In this document: positions 9,918-20,347 of the stretch, piece by piece
Position numbering within the stretch: the stretch's first letter is position 1
How the letters are laid out: the number at the start of each line of letters is the position of its first letter
Source: Thermodesulfobacteriota bacterium
GTDB taxonomy: Bacteria; Desulfobacterota_D; UBA1144
Assembly (NCBI GenBank): GCA_029246845.1
Contig: JAQWMJ010000005.1
Coordinates: 1 to 26,437, forward strand
Length of the DNA stretch: 26,437 nt
Reading direction: 5' to 3'
Made by a program: the position numbers and the translations under genes
Notes under the pieces: generated by a model
What the model was told of the DNA's origin: nothing
Databases searched by the model: none
What the model saw: only the letters and a program-made list of their open reading frames with translations

Positions 9918-9952
9918 TATAATATCCATATAATCTAGACATTTTAAAGGAG
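9918..9952 (+). promoter_or_regulatory. recA upstream region: two TATAAT hexamers and AAGGAG RBS
   Basis: TATAAT at 9918-9923 and 9929-9934; AAGGAG at 9947-9952; no convincing -35. Confidence 0.45.
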
Positions 9953-9959
9953 TAGTTAT

Positions 9960-10991
9960 TTGACTGAAAACAAGAAGAAAGTACCTTCAAAAGATGCTGA
10001 CGAAAATAAACAAAAAGCTCTTGATGCAACTATTTCAACCATTGAAAAGCAATTTGGTAAAGGTGCCATTATGCGTATGGACAATGAATCTACTGTTAAA
10101 AATGTAGAGGCTATATCAACCGGCTCTATCGGATTGGATCATGCATTGGGTGTTGGTGGATTCCCTAGAGGAAGAGTTATCGAAGTATATGGTCCTGAAG
10201 CTTCAGGAAAAACTACTTTAGCACTTCATGCCATTGCTGAGACACAAAGAAGTGGTGGTATTACCGCTTTTGTTGACGCAGAACATGCGTTCGACCCAAC
10301 TTATGCAAAAGGTCTTGGTATAAAGAATGAGGATTTATTGATTTCTCAACCAGACTATGGAGAGCAAGCTCTGGAGATAGTCGATCAATTAATTAGAAGC
10401 TCAGCTGTGGATATGATTGTAATAGACTCTGTTTCAGCCTTAACACCTAAGGCTGAACTTGATGGAGAAATGGGTGATACTCACGTTGGTCTTCAAGCAC
10501 GATTGATGTCGCAAGCCTTACGTAAGATTACTGCAACCGTTTCTAAATCTAAGACAACTGTTATCTTCATAAATCAGCTTAGGATGAAGATTGGTGTTCC
10601 TTCATATATGAGCCCAGAAACAACCTCTGGGGGCAACGCATTAAAGTTTTACTGCTCTGTTAGGCTCGATGTTAGAAGAATAGCTTCCCTGAAAACCTCA
10701 GAAAGTGTCATAGGTAATAGGGTCAGAGTGAAGGTTGTTAAGAACAAAGTTGCTCCACCATTTAGAGAAGCTGAAATGGATATTATCTTTGGGCGTGGAA
10801 TTTCTAAGTTTGGAGAATTAATTGACCTTGGAGTAGAGTTTGGTCTAGTTGAAAAAGCTGGGGCATGGTTCTCATATTCGGGAGAAAGAATAGGGCAGGG
10901 GAAAGATAATGCACAAAAATTTTTACAAGCTAATTCAGATTTAGGTCTTAAATTAGAAAAAGAAGTTAGAGAGAAAATCAGCTCAAAATAA
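9960..10991 (+). CDS. recA: Recombinase RecA
   Basis: [40 protein letters not shown] and KNKVAPPF motifs; TTG start behind a strong RBS. Confidence 0.99.
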   Translation: MTENKKKVPSKDADENKQKALDATISTIEKQFGKGAIMRMDNESTVKNVEAISTGSIGLDHALGVGGFPRGRVIEVYGPEASGKTTLALHAIAETQRSGGITAFVDAEHAFDPTYAKGLGIKNEDLLISQPDYGEQALEIVDQLIRSSAVDMIVIDSVSALTPKAELDGEMGDTHVGLQARLMSQALRKITATVSKSKTTVIFINQLRMKIGVPSYMSPETTSGGNALKFYCSVRLDVRRIASLKTSESVIGNRVRVKVVKNKVAPPFREAEMDIIFGRGISKFGELIDLGVEFGLVEKAGAWFSYSGERIGQGKDNAQKFLQANSDLGLKLEKEVREKISSK

Positions 10992-10998
10992 TTATTTT

Positions 10999-11655
10999 AT
11001 GTTGTCTTTAAATATTGAAACTTCTAGGAACTTAACAAGTGTTTCACTTTCAGATGATTATCAGATTAAAAATATACTAAATGTAAATTCTGAAAGGCCA
11101 AATCATTGCGAACTTCTCTCTCCTTTAATCAAAGATTTATTTGAAAGCATTCCATTTAGCTTAAATGATATTCAGCAAGTTAGGGTCAATGTTGGACCTG
11201 GAAACCTTTCATCACTTAGGGTTGGAATTGCAACAGCAAATAGTATTAGTTCGTTCTCGAGGATTCCGGTTTACGGAATCTCATCCTTTCTACTTTATGC
11301 ATATTCTTACCAATCTGAATTTAAAAATCTTGTTACATTGTTTGATTTAAGAAATAACTTGTTTGCTTATGCGAGATTTGTCAAAAAAGAAGAAGATTTA
11401 GTTCTAGTTGAACAAAATTTTAAACTAACACAGGATGACCTTATGCATGTTGATATGAATAATTCGACATTGATAGGAACTGGTTCTGGTAAAGTTCAAA
11501 TAGCGCATTTTGATAAACATTTCGAACTAAATATTGATTCAGGCTTTAGTATTGATTCAGCTTCACTGGCTAAAGTTAATTTAAAGTTTAATGCAGACCA
11601 TGTATTCGAGGATATGCCTCTCATGCCTTTTAATACTTTTTCTTTTGTTAGTTAA
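10999..11655 (+). CDS. tsaB: tRNA t6A biosynthesis protein TsaB (divergent)
   Basis: LNIETS N-terminus, HCELL, VGPGNLSSLRVG (canonical GPGSFTGLRIG), IPVYGISS. Confidence 0.8.
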   Translation: MLSLNIETSRNLTSVSLSDDYQIKNILNVNSERPNHCELLSPLIKDLFESIPFSLNDIQQVRVNVGPGNLSSLRVGIATANSISSFSRIPVYGISSFLLYAYSYQSEFKNLVTLFDLRNNLFAYARFVKKEEDLVLVEQNFKLTQDDLMHVDMNNSTLIGTGSGKVQIAHFDKHFELNIDSGFSIDSASLAKVNLKFNADHVFEDMPLMPFNTFSFVS

Positions 11656-11670
11656 AATGATAAATTAATA

Positions 11671-11686
11671 TATAATAATCGAAATG
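11671..11686 (+). promoter_or_regulatory. Putative -10 box for a leaderless ilvB transcript
   Basis: TATAAT at 11671-11676, 7 nt before ATG 11684; no SD; -35 not convincing. Confidence 0.4.
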
Positions 11687-13234
11687 AAAAATTTTTTAGG
11701 CGCGGAACTATTCTTTGAATCTTTATACAAGCTTGGTATCAAAACTATTTTTGGATTACCTGGCGGCTATGTACTAAAAATTTATGATGTAATGCCGGCA
11801 TATGCAAAAAAGATAAATCATATCCTTACTAGACATGAACAAGCTGCAACACATATGGCCGATGGATTTTCTCGCGCAAGCGGATTACCTGGCATAATTC
11901 TTTGCACCTCAGGCCCAGCCGCAACTAATACCGTAACTGGAATTTCAACTGCTTATATGGACTCTGTCCCAGTTCTAATTTTCACTGGTCAAGTACCCAC
12001 TCCCTTCTTAGGAAGTGATGCATTTCAGGAAGCTGATCATATTGGAATTACCAGATCTACAACTAAGCATAATACTTTAGTAAGAAAAACAATAGATTTA
12101 CCTAAAGCAATTGCTGAAGCTCTTCATATTTCCAATACTGGAAGAAAAGGACCTGTTTTAGTAGATATGCCTAAGGATGTTTTATTAGGTGAGAGTCAGT
12201 TTAGGATTCCTAAGAAAATCAATTTACCAAATTATATTGATGAGCCAAAAATATCTCAAAAATCTTTACGAGATTTTAAAATTAAGCTCAAAAAATCAAA
12301 AAAACCACTTTTGATTTTTGGTAGAGGTGCTTGCTATCAGGAGAATACTAAAAATATTTCTTTTATCTTAAAGAAGTTTAAAATCCCATCTCTTACCTCA
12401 CTTTTATCACTAGGATTAGTCAAAAGTGATGTTTCTTTTGGAATGATAGGTTCAAGCGGTTCATATGCTTCTAGTAAGTTAATCGAAGACTCAGATCATA
12501 TTATTTCTGTTGGTTGCGACATAAATAAAATTTTAGCAAAAAATTCTCTTAAAAAGAAAGAAATGACTATAGTAGATATAGATAAAACTCAGCTTGATCC
12601 ATTAACTAAAAAACATTTAAATATTAATTCTTCATCAGTATCTTTCTTGAACTTTATGGCTAAAGATATTGATTCTTATGAGGCTGAATGGTCAGCTGAT
12701 TTTCTTTTGGATATTAAAAGTGGTAATAAGAAATTGGAGAATAAAGAGATTTCCAAGAATAAAAAAGCATATATTTTTAGTAAAATATCGGATATTTTAG
12801 GAAAGAAAGCAGTTATTTGCTCCGATTTCAGCCATGAAGATGTGAACCTTCAGCAATTTTATAAGTTTAATGACTATAGGAATAATATACTATCTGGCGG
12901 AACTGGTACTCCTGGCTACGGCTTTCCTGCGGCAATTGGAGCTACTTTTTCTAGGCCTAAAACTAAAGTTGTAAGTATATCTAGCGGTACTAACTTTCAA
13001 TTCAATATGCAAGAAATGATTGTCGCTTTAGAGCAAGGCCTTGATCTAACGATAATTGTTTTAAATGATAAATATTTAAAGAAGGGCCTCAAGTATAAAG
13101 GCCCCGATTATAAGTCTTTGGCTGAATCATTTGGTGCAAAAGCTTATCAATCTAATTTCGATTCAAAAATTGATTCAAACCTTAAGAAAACCTTAAACCT
13201 AAAAGGCTTAGTCCTTCTAGAGATAAGGATTTAG
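11684..13234 (+). CDS. ilvB: Acetolactate synthase large subunit-like protein with degenerate FAD and ThDP-binding domains
   Basis: Intact N-domain (FGLPGG, RHEQ, TSGPAATN, TGQV, DAFQEAD, GPVLVDMPKD) and position before ilvN-ilvC. The GDG motif reads SGT and the GMVRQWQ loop is missing. Confidence 0.85.
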   Translation: MKNFLGAELFFESLYKLGIKTIFGLPGGYVLKIYDVMPAYAKKINHILTRHEQAATHMADGFSRASGLPGIILCTSGPAATNTVTGISTAYMDSVPVLIFTGQVPTPFLGSDAFQEADHIGITRSTTKHNTLVRKTIDLPKAIAEALHISNTGRKGPVLVDMPKDVLLGESQFRIPKKINLPNYIDEPKISQKSLRDFKIKLKKSKKPLLIFGRGACYQENTKNISFILKKFKIPSLTSLLSLGLVKSDVSFGMIGSSGSYASSKLIEDSDHIISVGCDINKILAKNSLKKKEMTIVDIDKTQLDPLTKKHLNINSSSVSFLNFMAKDIDSYEAEWSADFLLDIKSGNKKLENKEISKNKKAYIFSKISDILGKKAVICSDFSHEDVNLQQFYKFNDYRNNILSGGTGTPGYGFPAAIGATFSRPKTKVVSISSGTNFQFNMQEMIVALEQGLDLTIIVLNDKYLKKGLKYKGPDYKSLAESFGAKAYQSNFDSKIDSNLKKTLNLKGLVLLEIRI

Positions 13235-13298
13235 TTAGTATAAACATAGAAATAGTTTAAAATTAGTTTATTATAAATTCCTTTAAAGGAGATAACTA

Positions 13299-13781
13299 TT
13301 GCGTCATATTATATCAATTTTAGTAGATAACGAACCTGGTGTTTTAGCTCGTGTTTCAGGACTGTTTACTGCAAGGGGTTTTAATATTGAGAGCCTTTGT
13401 GTGGCAGAAACTGAAAATCCTTCTCATTCAAGATTAACATTAGTTACATCAGGAGAAGATTGGATTATTGATCAAATTATAAAAAGATTTGAAAACATGA
13501 TTAATGTCATTAAAGTTGTAGATTTAACAGAATCTGAAAGTATTCAAAGAGAACTTCTAATTGCTAGAGTAATCCCTACTAAAACTAGTAGATCAGAGGT
13601 ATTGAGAGTAGCAGATATATTTAGATCTAACGTTATAGACGTAGGTCCAAAATCTTACACTTTAGAGCTTACTGGTACTAAGGACAAACTTGAGGCATTT
13701 GTGGAAATTTTAAGACCCTTAGGTCTCAAAGAAGTAACTAGGACTGGACTTGTTTCAGTGGCTAGAGAGAAAAAGAAGTAA
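13299..13781 (+). CDS. ilvN: Acetolactate synthase small regulatory subunit
   Basis: LVDNEPGVLARVSGLFTARGFNIESL ACT motif, RELL, RTG; TTG start with AAGGAG RBS. Confidence 0.96.
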   Translation: MRHIISILVDNEPGVLARVSGLFTARGFNIESLCVAETENPSHSRLTLVTSGEDWIIDQIIKRFENMINVIKVVDLTESESIQRELLIARVIPTKTSRSEVLRVADIFRSNVIDVGPKSYTLELTGTKDKLEAFVEILRPLGLKEVTRTGLVSVAREKKK

Positions 13782-14809
<1,028 letters not shown>

Positions 14810-14810
<1 letters not shown>

Positions 14811-15469
14811 TGAAGATTGATTACAAATGGACTGTTTCACCCCAAGGATACCAACCTATATTGGTTTCCTTCTTAATTTGCTGGCTAGGAACCGCCTTTT
14901 TTGGAATATCTATTTTATCAATTTTGCTATTAATAACCTTTTTATTGATTATACATTTCTTTAGGGATCCTGAACGAATTATACCAAAAACAAATGGAAT
15001 ACTATCTCCTGCTGATGGAAAAATTATAACAGTTGATACAGTCAAAGAAGATGAGTTTACTAATATAGAAATGAAAAGAATATGCATCTTTTTATCTGTA
15101 TTTGATTGTCACATAGCAAGGTCTCCTATTTCTTCTGAAGTAATAGAGACCAAGTATTTTGAGGGGAAGTTTAAATTTGCTAATTCTTCGGAATGTATAG
15201 AGAACGAAAGATTGTATATGCATTTAAAAACAGAGGATAAACAAGATGTAGTTTTAATTCTATTTGCAGGATTCATTGCTAGAAGAATAGTTCCTTATGT
15301 CTCACGAACCAGTATTCTTAAGATTGGACAAAGAATAGGAATTATTAAATTTGGTTCCAGGATAGATATTTATGTTCCTACTAATTATGCTACAGAATTA
15401 AAGGCAGGTGATGAAGTAGTTGCAGGAGAGAGCATCCTCTTTAATAAGACTAATGAGAAGATAGTTTAG
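14810..15469 (+). CDS. psd: Phosphatidylserine decarboxylase proenzyme (short type)
   Basis: FFRDPER, SPADG, IFLSVFDCH, NER and IKFGSR autocleavage motif; TAATG overlap with ilvC. Confidence 0.92.
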
Positions 15470-15473
15470 TAAA

Positions 15474-16238
15474 ATGAAAAATAGAAAAATTATCTCACTT
15501 ATACCCAACTTATTAACAACTCTTGCGATGGTTTTTGGACTTTTATCTATCTTCAATTTAATCAAACTTTTTCCACTAGTCGATGGAGAGTTCTTAGGAA
15601 TTGAAACATCTCTTTTAACCGAAAAGTCCTTATGGTGGTCTTGTATTTTTTTATATATTGCTGCTTTTATAGATTTTGTTGATGGAAAAATAGCACGACT
15701 TTTAAATAAAGATTCCGAATTTGGTGCGCAATATGATTCTCTTTCTGATTTAGTTTGTTTTGGTGTTGCACCCTCACTTTTAATCTATATAGTATATCTA
15801 TCATCTTTTAATAATCTTGGAATAATGTGCGTAATATTTTATTCTGTTTGTGTTGCTTTAAGACTATCCAGGTTTAATACCAACTCTGATGAAGATAAGG
15901 ATAGATTATTTGTTGGCCTTCCAAGCCCTATGGCTGCAGGATTGCTAATATCGATTGTCCTAAATGACTATAAATTTAACATATTTTCTTCGGAAGTTGT
16001 GAGCACCTTCTTCTTAATTTTCCTACCTCTAACGGGACTTTTGATGGTAAGCAATATAGCTTTTCCGAAGAAAACTTTTCTTAATAAGATGAAGAGGTTT
16101 AACGCTCTAATTGTGCTATCAATAATACTTATTGCGATACTTTTACATATAGAGATTGGATCTTTTATTCTATTCTATACTTATTTATTGTATGCAGTTG
16201 GGAAACATATTGTTATAAAATTTAAGGCAACTTTGTGA
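15474..16238 (+). CDS. pssA: CDP-diacylglycerol--serine O-phosphatidyltransferase
   Basis: IPNLLT, DxxDGxxAR...G..YDSLSDLVCFGVAP, ALRLSRFN and FVGLPSP motifs; multiple hydrophobic segments; adjacent to psd. Confidence 0.92.
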   Translation: MKNRKIISLIPNLLTTLAMVFGLLSIFNLIKLFPLVDGEFLGIETSLLTEKSLWWSCIFLYIAAFIDFVDGKIARLLNKDSEFGAQYDSLSDLVCFGVAPSLLIYIVYLSSFNNLGIMCVIFYSVCVALRLSRFNTNSDEDKDRLFVGLPSPMAAGLLISIVLNDYKFNIFSSEVVSTFFLIFLPLTGLLMVSNIAFPKKTFLNKMKRFNALIVLSIILIAILLHIEIGSFILFYTYLLYAVGKHIVIKFKATL

Positions 16239-16244
16239 TTAGCT

Positions 16245-18839
16245 ATGAATGATGTTCAAAAATATTACCTTGATAATGGTTTAAAAGTTTTCCTTAAGGA
16301 AGATCCTCATTCTCCTGTAAGCTCAATTTTTGTTTGGGTAAATACCGGTAGTGCTTATGAAAATGATAATCAAAGAGGATTAGCACATGTCCATGAACAT
16401 ATGATTTTCAAGGGGACAGATAATTTAAAAGTAGGAGAAATCTCCAAACAGCTAGAGGCCCATGGTGGAGAAGTCAATGCTTTTACCTCATTTGATGAGA
16501 CCGTATATTACACTACAATTTCAAATGAATTCATTGATGTCGGCTTAAATATACTCTCAGATTGTATGTCTAACGCTACTTTTGACGAAGAAGAGCTTTC
16601 AAAAGAGCTTGAGGTTATTTTAGAAGAAATAAAAAGAGGAAATGATTCTCCATCAAATTGTTTAAGTGAAATGATGTTTAAACATACTTTCTTTTCATCT
16701 ACTTATGGTCTTCCAATTATAGGAACTCCTGAAAGTGTAAAAAGTTTTAAAAGATCTGATGTAAAAGGATTTTATGATAAATGGTATCAGGCAGAAAATA
16801 TGCATCTTGTTGTAGTAAGTGGCGCTAAGAGTGAGGATGTTAAGCTAAAAATTGAAAAAGTATTCAATAAAATTAGACAAGACAAAGTTGAAAAGCCGAA
16901 ATTTATGGAAAATGAAAACGTGTTAGGATTGCAAATTAATACTGAATTTCATGAAGTTAATGAGGTCTATTTCGCTTTTTCTTTTAAATCTAAGAAAGCT
17001 ACTGATAAAGATTCCGCGGTCTTAGATATAGTAAGCCATATTCTCGGAAGTGGAACAAGCTCATTGCTATACAAGGAGTTGAAAGAAGATTTATCTTTAG
17101 TTACATCAATTTATTCCAGTAATTATGCAATGAGACACTCTGGAGTTTTTATGATAACAGGGACATTTTTAAATGATAATATTAATCAAGTTATTAAAGA
17201 GGTTTGCTTAAAAATTCAACAAATCTGCAATCTTGATTTTGATTTAGCTCAAATAGAAAGAGCAAAAAACTCAATTCTTTCTGATGACCTTCATGAAAAC
17301 GAAACTGTTCAAGGTCAAGCACAATCTATAGGATATTTAGAATCTTTAACTGGAGATATAGAATCTAAGAAAATATATTTGGAAAGAATTAAAAAAATAA
17401 CTCCTGAAGAAATATCCAAGGTAGCATCAAGTCTTTTTATACTTGAGAACTTAAATTTGAATTTGATTTTTCCGAAGAAAATAAAGTTTGAAAACGACAA
17501 GCATTTAAAGAAAATGATATTAGATATATTTAATATTAGCTCAGACCCCTGCGTAAGAGACTTGAGTTCGTATGTTTCTAAAGATTATTCTATGTCTAAG
17601 ATAGTTCACAGCAAGCCTACCAGGATAACACTTGATTGTGGTGCAGATTTATTAGTTCTACAGAATACAAAGACACCACTTTTTTCTTTAAGATCTGTTT
17701 CTATGGGTGGTTTGAGGCAGGAAAATAAAGCATCCAATGGTAAATTTAGCATTCTTGCTGAGCTATTCGAAAGAGGTTCAAAAAATTTCTCCAAGGATCA
17801 ATTATCTATGAAAACAGAGTTGTTAGCTTCTGATATAGAGGGTTACTCAGGAAAAAATACATTAGGCTTAAAATTATTGGGTCCTAGTGCAAACTTACAA
17901 GAGTTAATTGAAATATATTCAGATGTAATATCAAATCCACTTTTCATTGAGAAAGAGTTAGAAATTGTTAAAAGGGATACGATGTCTTATCTAAACAGAA
18001 AAAAGCAAAACTATGCGGCTTTAACTGCTGATAAGTTTTATGAGAAGCTTTTCCCGAACCACCCTTATTCAATGAATCAATATGGTACAGAAGAAAGCCT
18101 CGTTAATATATCTCAAGATAATATATCTAAAGCTTACAGAGAGACTATAACAAAAAATAATTTATTGTTTTCAGCTGTTGGAAATTTTGATTTAGAGCAA
18201 TTGGTAGGATGTTTAAACTCAAATCTTGATATATCAGATGAAGATTTCTTAAATATCAAAGATTCTACTTTCACTCCTATTAAAGAAGATCAAAATTTTG
18301 AAACTAAGTTAGGGGATAAGCAGCAGTCACATATAATGATTGGCACTTATGCACCATCAATGGAATCTCAAGATCAGTATGCATTTCAGGTTATGAATTC
18401 ATGCCTATCTGGAATGGGCGGTAGACTATTTCTTGAGCTTAGAGATAGAAAGAGCTTAGCTTATACTGTTTCATCTTTTTACAGCCCATCGCCTACTATT
18501 GGTCACTTTGGCGTTTATATAGGTTGTTCTCCCGAGAAGAAAGATGAAAGTATCGAAGCTATTAATAGAGAAATTAGCAAGCTTGTGACTGATGGAATAA
18601 CAAGCTCAGAAATAGAGAGGTCGAAGAATTACTTAATAGGCAGAAATGATATTTCACTTCAAAGAAATGCCAGTATAAATGCTAGAATATCTCAAGGTTG
18701 TTTCTTTGGTCTTGGCCCAGAAGAACCATTTGAATTTTCCTCCAAAATAAGAAATGTAACCTTAGAGGAAGTTAATAAAGTGATTTTAAAGTATCTTAGT
18801 GGTTGCAACAAGGTTATTGTTGCTTACGAGCCTTCATAA
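16245..18839 (+). CDS. M16 family zinc peptidase (two fused M16 halves)
   Basis: Inverted zinc motif HVHEH, MIFKGT, NAFTSFD, VILEEI; the second half lacks HxxEH but has LRDRKSLAY (R/Y pair). No obvious signal peptide. Confidence 0.92.
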   Translation: MNDVQKYYLDNGLKVFLKEDPHSPVSSIFVWVNTGSAYENDNQRGLAHVHEHMIFKGTDNLKVGEISKQLEAHGGEVNAFTSFDETVYYTTISNEFIDVGLNILSDCMSNATFDEEELSKELEVILEEIKRGNDSPSNCLSEMMFKHTFFSSTYGLPIIGTPESVKSFKRSDVKGFYDKWYQAENMHLVVVSGAKSEDVKLKIEKVFNKIRQDKVEKPKFMENENVLGLQINTEFHEVNEVYFAFSFKSKKATDKDSAVLDIVSHILGSGTSSLLYKELKEDLSLVTSIYSSNYAMRHSGVFMITGTFLNDNINQVIKEVCLKIQQICNLDFDLAQIERAKNSILSDDLHENETVQGQAQSIGYLESLTGDIESKKIYLERIKKITPEEISKVASSLFILENLNLNLIFPKKIKFENDKHLKKMILDIFNISSDPCVRDLSSYVSKDYSMSKIVHSKPTRITLDCGADLLVLQNTKTPLFSLRSVSMGGLRQENKASNGKFSILAELFERGSKNFSKDQLSMKTELLASDIEGYSGKNTLGLKLLGPSANLQELIEIYSDVISNPLFIEKELEIVKRDTMSYLNRKKQNYAALTADKFYEKLFPNHPYSMNQYGTEESLVNISQDNISKAYRETITKNNLLFSAVGNFDLEQLVGCLNSNLDISDEDFLNIKDSTFTPIKEDQNFETKLGDKQQSHIMIGTYAPSMESQDQYAFQVMNSCLSGMGGRLFLELRDRKSLAYTVSSFYSPSPTIGHFGVYIGCSPEKKDESIEAINREISKLVTDGITSSEIERSKNYLIGRNDISLQRNASINARISQGCFFGLGPEEPFEFSSKIRNVTLEEVNKVILKYLSGCNKVIVAYEPS

Positions 18840-18848
18840 TCCCCAACA

Positions 18849-18877
18849 TTGATTTTAGATACGGTAATCAGTATATT
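18849..18877 (+). promoter_or_regulatory. Sigma70-like promoter for tRNA-Leu/tig
   Basis: TTGATT (18849-18854), 17 nt, TATATT (18872-18877), 30 nt before the tRNA. Confidence 0.6.
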
Positions 18878-18907
18878 TATCCTTTCAAAAAAAAATATTT
18901 TTTGAAT

Positions 18908-18989
18908 GGGAGCGTGGCGGAATTGGTAGACGCACTAGATTTAGGATCTAGCGCCTTCGGGTGTGGGGGTTCGAGTCCCCCCGCTCCCA
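18908..18989 (+). tRNA. tRNA-Leu(TAG)
   Basis: Acceptor GGGAGCG/CGCTCCC, anticodon arm CTAGA-TTTAGGA-TCTAG, long variable arm with TTCG loop, GGTTCGAGT T-loop; no encoded CCA. Confidence 0.97.
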
Positions 18990-19001
18990 AATGGAGATAA
19001 T

Positions 19002-20291
19002 ATGAGTTTTAAGATTGAAGAAATTAGTTCAACTGAAAAGAAGGCTTTGTTCGATATTGAAAAAGATGAAGTTGCTAAAACCTATCTTAGCGTTGTTAAA
19101 TTGTTTCAGAAGGATGCTGATTTAAAAGGATTCAGGAAAGGAAAAGTACCTTTGAAAGTTGTTGAATCTATATATACAGAACAGATTGATGAAGAGATTA
19201 AGACAAGAATTATTAACAATAACTTAAGAGTTCTAGCTATTGAAGAAAAAATAAATATAGTTAAGACTTCAAATCTGGAATTTAAAGATTTTAACAAAGA
19301 TAAAAAGTTTCAGTTTTCTTTTAATTTTGAACTTATACCTGAAATTAATTTAGGTACATACAAGTCACTGGAAGTTGAGAAAGAAGTCTTTTCTATCGAA
19401 CAGAAAGATATTGATAAGGCAATTGAAAACTTGTTAATTAATTTTGCGTCCAATGAGGAAGTTGTAAAACGTAAGAAGATACAAAAAAAAGATATCCTAT
19501 CTATAAATTTTTCAGGGCAAGTTGAAGGCGTTATAGTGAAAGATCTGGTAAGAGAGAATGCAATGATTGAACTAGGAAATGATTCTTTGATTCCAGACAT
19601 AGAAGCTAAAATAAAAACAATGACACTAGAGGAAGAAAAAACTTTTGATGTAACATATCCAAAAGATTTCCCAATAGCCGAAGCTGCTGGAAAGGTAGTA
19701 AATTGTACGGTGCTAATTAATAAAATATATAAAAAAATTATTCCTAAGTTAGATGATGATTTTATTGCTAAACTTGGTATTGAGTCGAAAGAGAAGTTGG
19801 AGGAGCGAGTAGCTTCCGACTTAGAAAGATCTTCTGATGAAAAATCAGAAGCATCGTTGAGAAAGAATATTGGTGATAAATTAATAAACGATAACAAATT
19901 TGAGTTCCCTAAATCTTTTTTAAATGATGAAGAGAAGAGGCTTGAAAGTGAGTACTTGGGTCGAATGAACGAGAAAGGAATTAAAATGAATGAAGTTGAC
20001 GAAAAGACTAAGGAGTTAATCAAAGAGTCTGCCTTAAGAAATGTGAAGTTGGCACTTATATTCGCTGAAATTTCTAAGCTTGAAAAAATTGTTGTGGGTG
20101 ATGAAGAGCTAGAGCAAGTTATTGCTTCGATTGCCAAATCTCAGAACACCCAAGTTAGCAAAATAAAGAAATATTATAAAGATAATAATTTAATGGACGA
20201 TGTAAGAGTAAAGCTAACAGATGAAAAGGTAATAAGATTTTTAGTTTCTGAAGCCAAAATCAAAGAGGTGAAACCTAAAGTTGCAAAGTAA
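19002..20291 (+). CDS. tig: Trigger factor
   Basis: GFRKGKVP ribosome-binding motif and position before clpP. Start corrected to ATG 19002 (GGAG at 18993-18996) because the ORF-track start lies inside the tRNA. Confidence 0.93.
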   Translation: MSFKIEEISSTEKKALFDIEKDEVAKTYLSVVKLFQKDADLKGFRKGKVPLKVVESIYTEQIDEEIKTRIINNNLRVLAIEEKINIVKTSNLEFKDFNKDKKFQFSFNFELIPEINLGTYKSLEVEKEVFSIEQKDIDKAIENLLINFASNEEVVKRKKIQKKDILSINFSGQVEGVIVKDLVRENAMIELGNDSLIPDIEAKIKTMTLEEEKTFDVTYPKDFPIAEAAGKVVNCTVLINKIYKKIIPKLDDDFIAKLGIESKEKLEERVASDLERSSDEKSEASLRKNIGDKLINDNKFEFPKSFLNDEEKRLESEYLGRMNEKGIKMNEVDEKTKELIKESALRNVKLALIFAEISKLEKIVVGDEELEQVIASIAKSQNTQVSKIKKYYKDNNLMDDVRVKLTDEKVIRFLVSEAKIKEVKPKVAK

Positions 20292-20292
20292 C

Positions 20293-20347
20293 TTAAGTGT
20301 TCTTCTTAATTGACTAAGATTATTGATTAAATTACAATCACTTTATG
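20293..20347 (+). promoter_or_regulatory. Palindromic site plus sigma70-like promoter for leaderless clpP (copy 2 of the duplicated element)
   Basis: TTAAG-N7-CTTAA (20293-20309), TTGACT (20310-20315), 17 nt, TACAAT (20333-20338), 6 nt, ATG (20345); no SD. Confidence 0.75.

Noticed and set aside
11684..13234. Calling ilvB a pseudogene
   Set aside because: No frameshift or internal stop, and the N-terminal domain is strongly conserved, implying continued selection.
2030..13234. Marked Lys-richness of LysC, Nnr, CinA and the IlvB middle region
   Set aside because: Adequately explained by AT-biased codon drift at weakly constrained sites; a further signal cannot be shown without computation.
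18884..18906. TTCAAAAAA...TTTTTTGAA inverted repeat as a terminator
   Set aside because: Almost all A/T, low complexity, lies between the promoter and tRNA-Leu, and has no GC stem or following U-tract.
18963..19001. ORF-track GTG start for tig, and ORF 18803-19000
   Set aside because: Both run through the tRNA-Leu gene; ATG 19002 has a GGAG RBS and gives a normal trigger factor N-terminus.
19310..20137. 275-aa antisense ORF within tig (also 19106-19297)
   Set aside because: Ser/Phe/Leu/Ile-rich mirror of a Glu/Lys-rich sense frame; no motif recognised.
20293..20340. CtsR, CIRCE or CtrA site upstream of clpP
   Set aside because: ATTGACTA/ATTGATTA recur at a 13-nt period rather than the 10-nt CtsR period; no TTAGCACTC arms; the TTAA half-sites are 9 nt apart, not 7.
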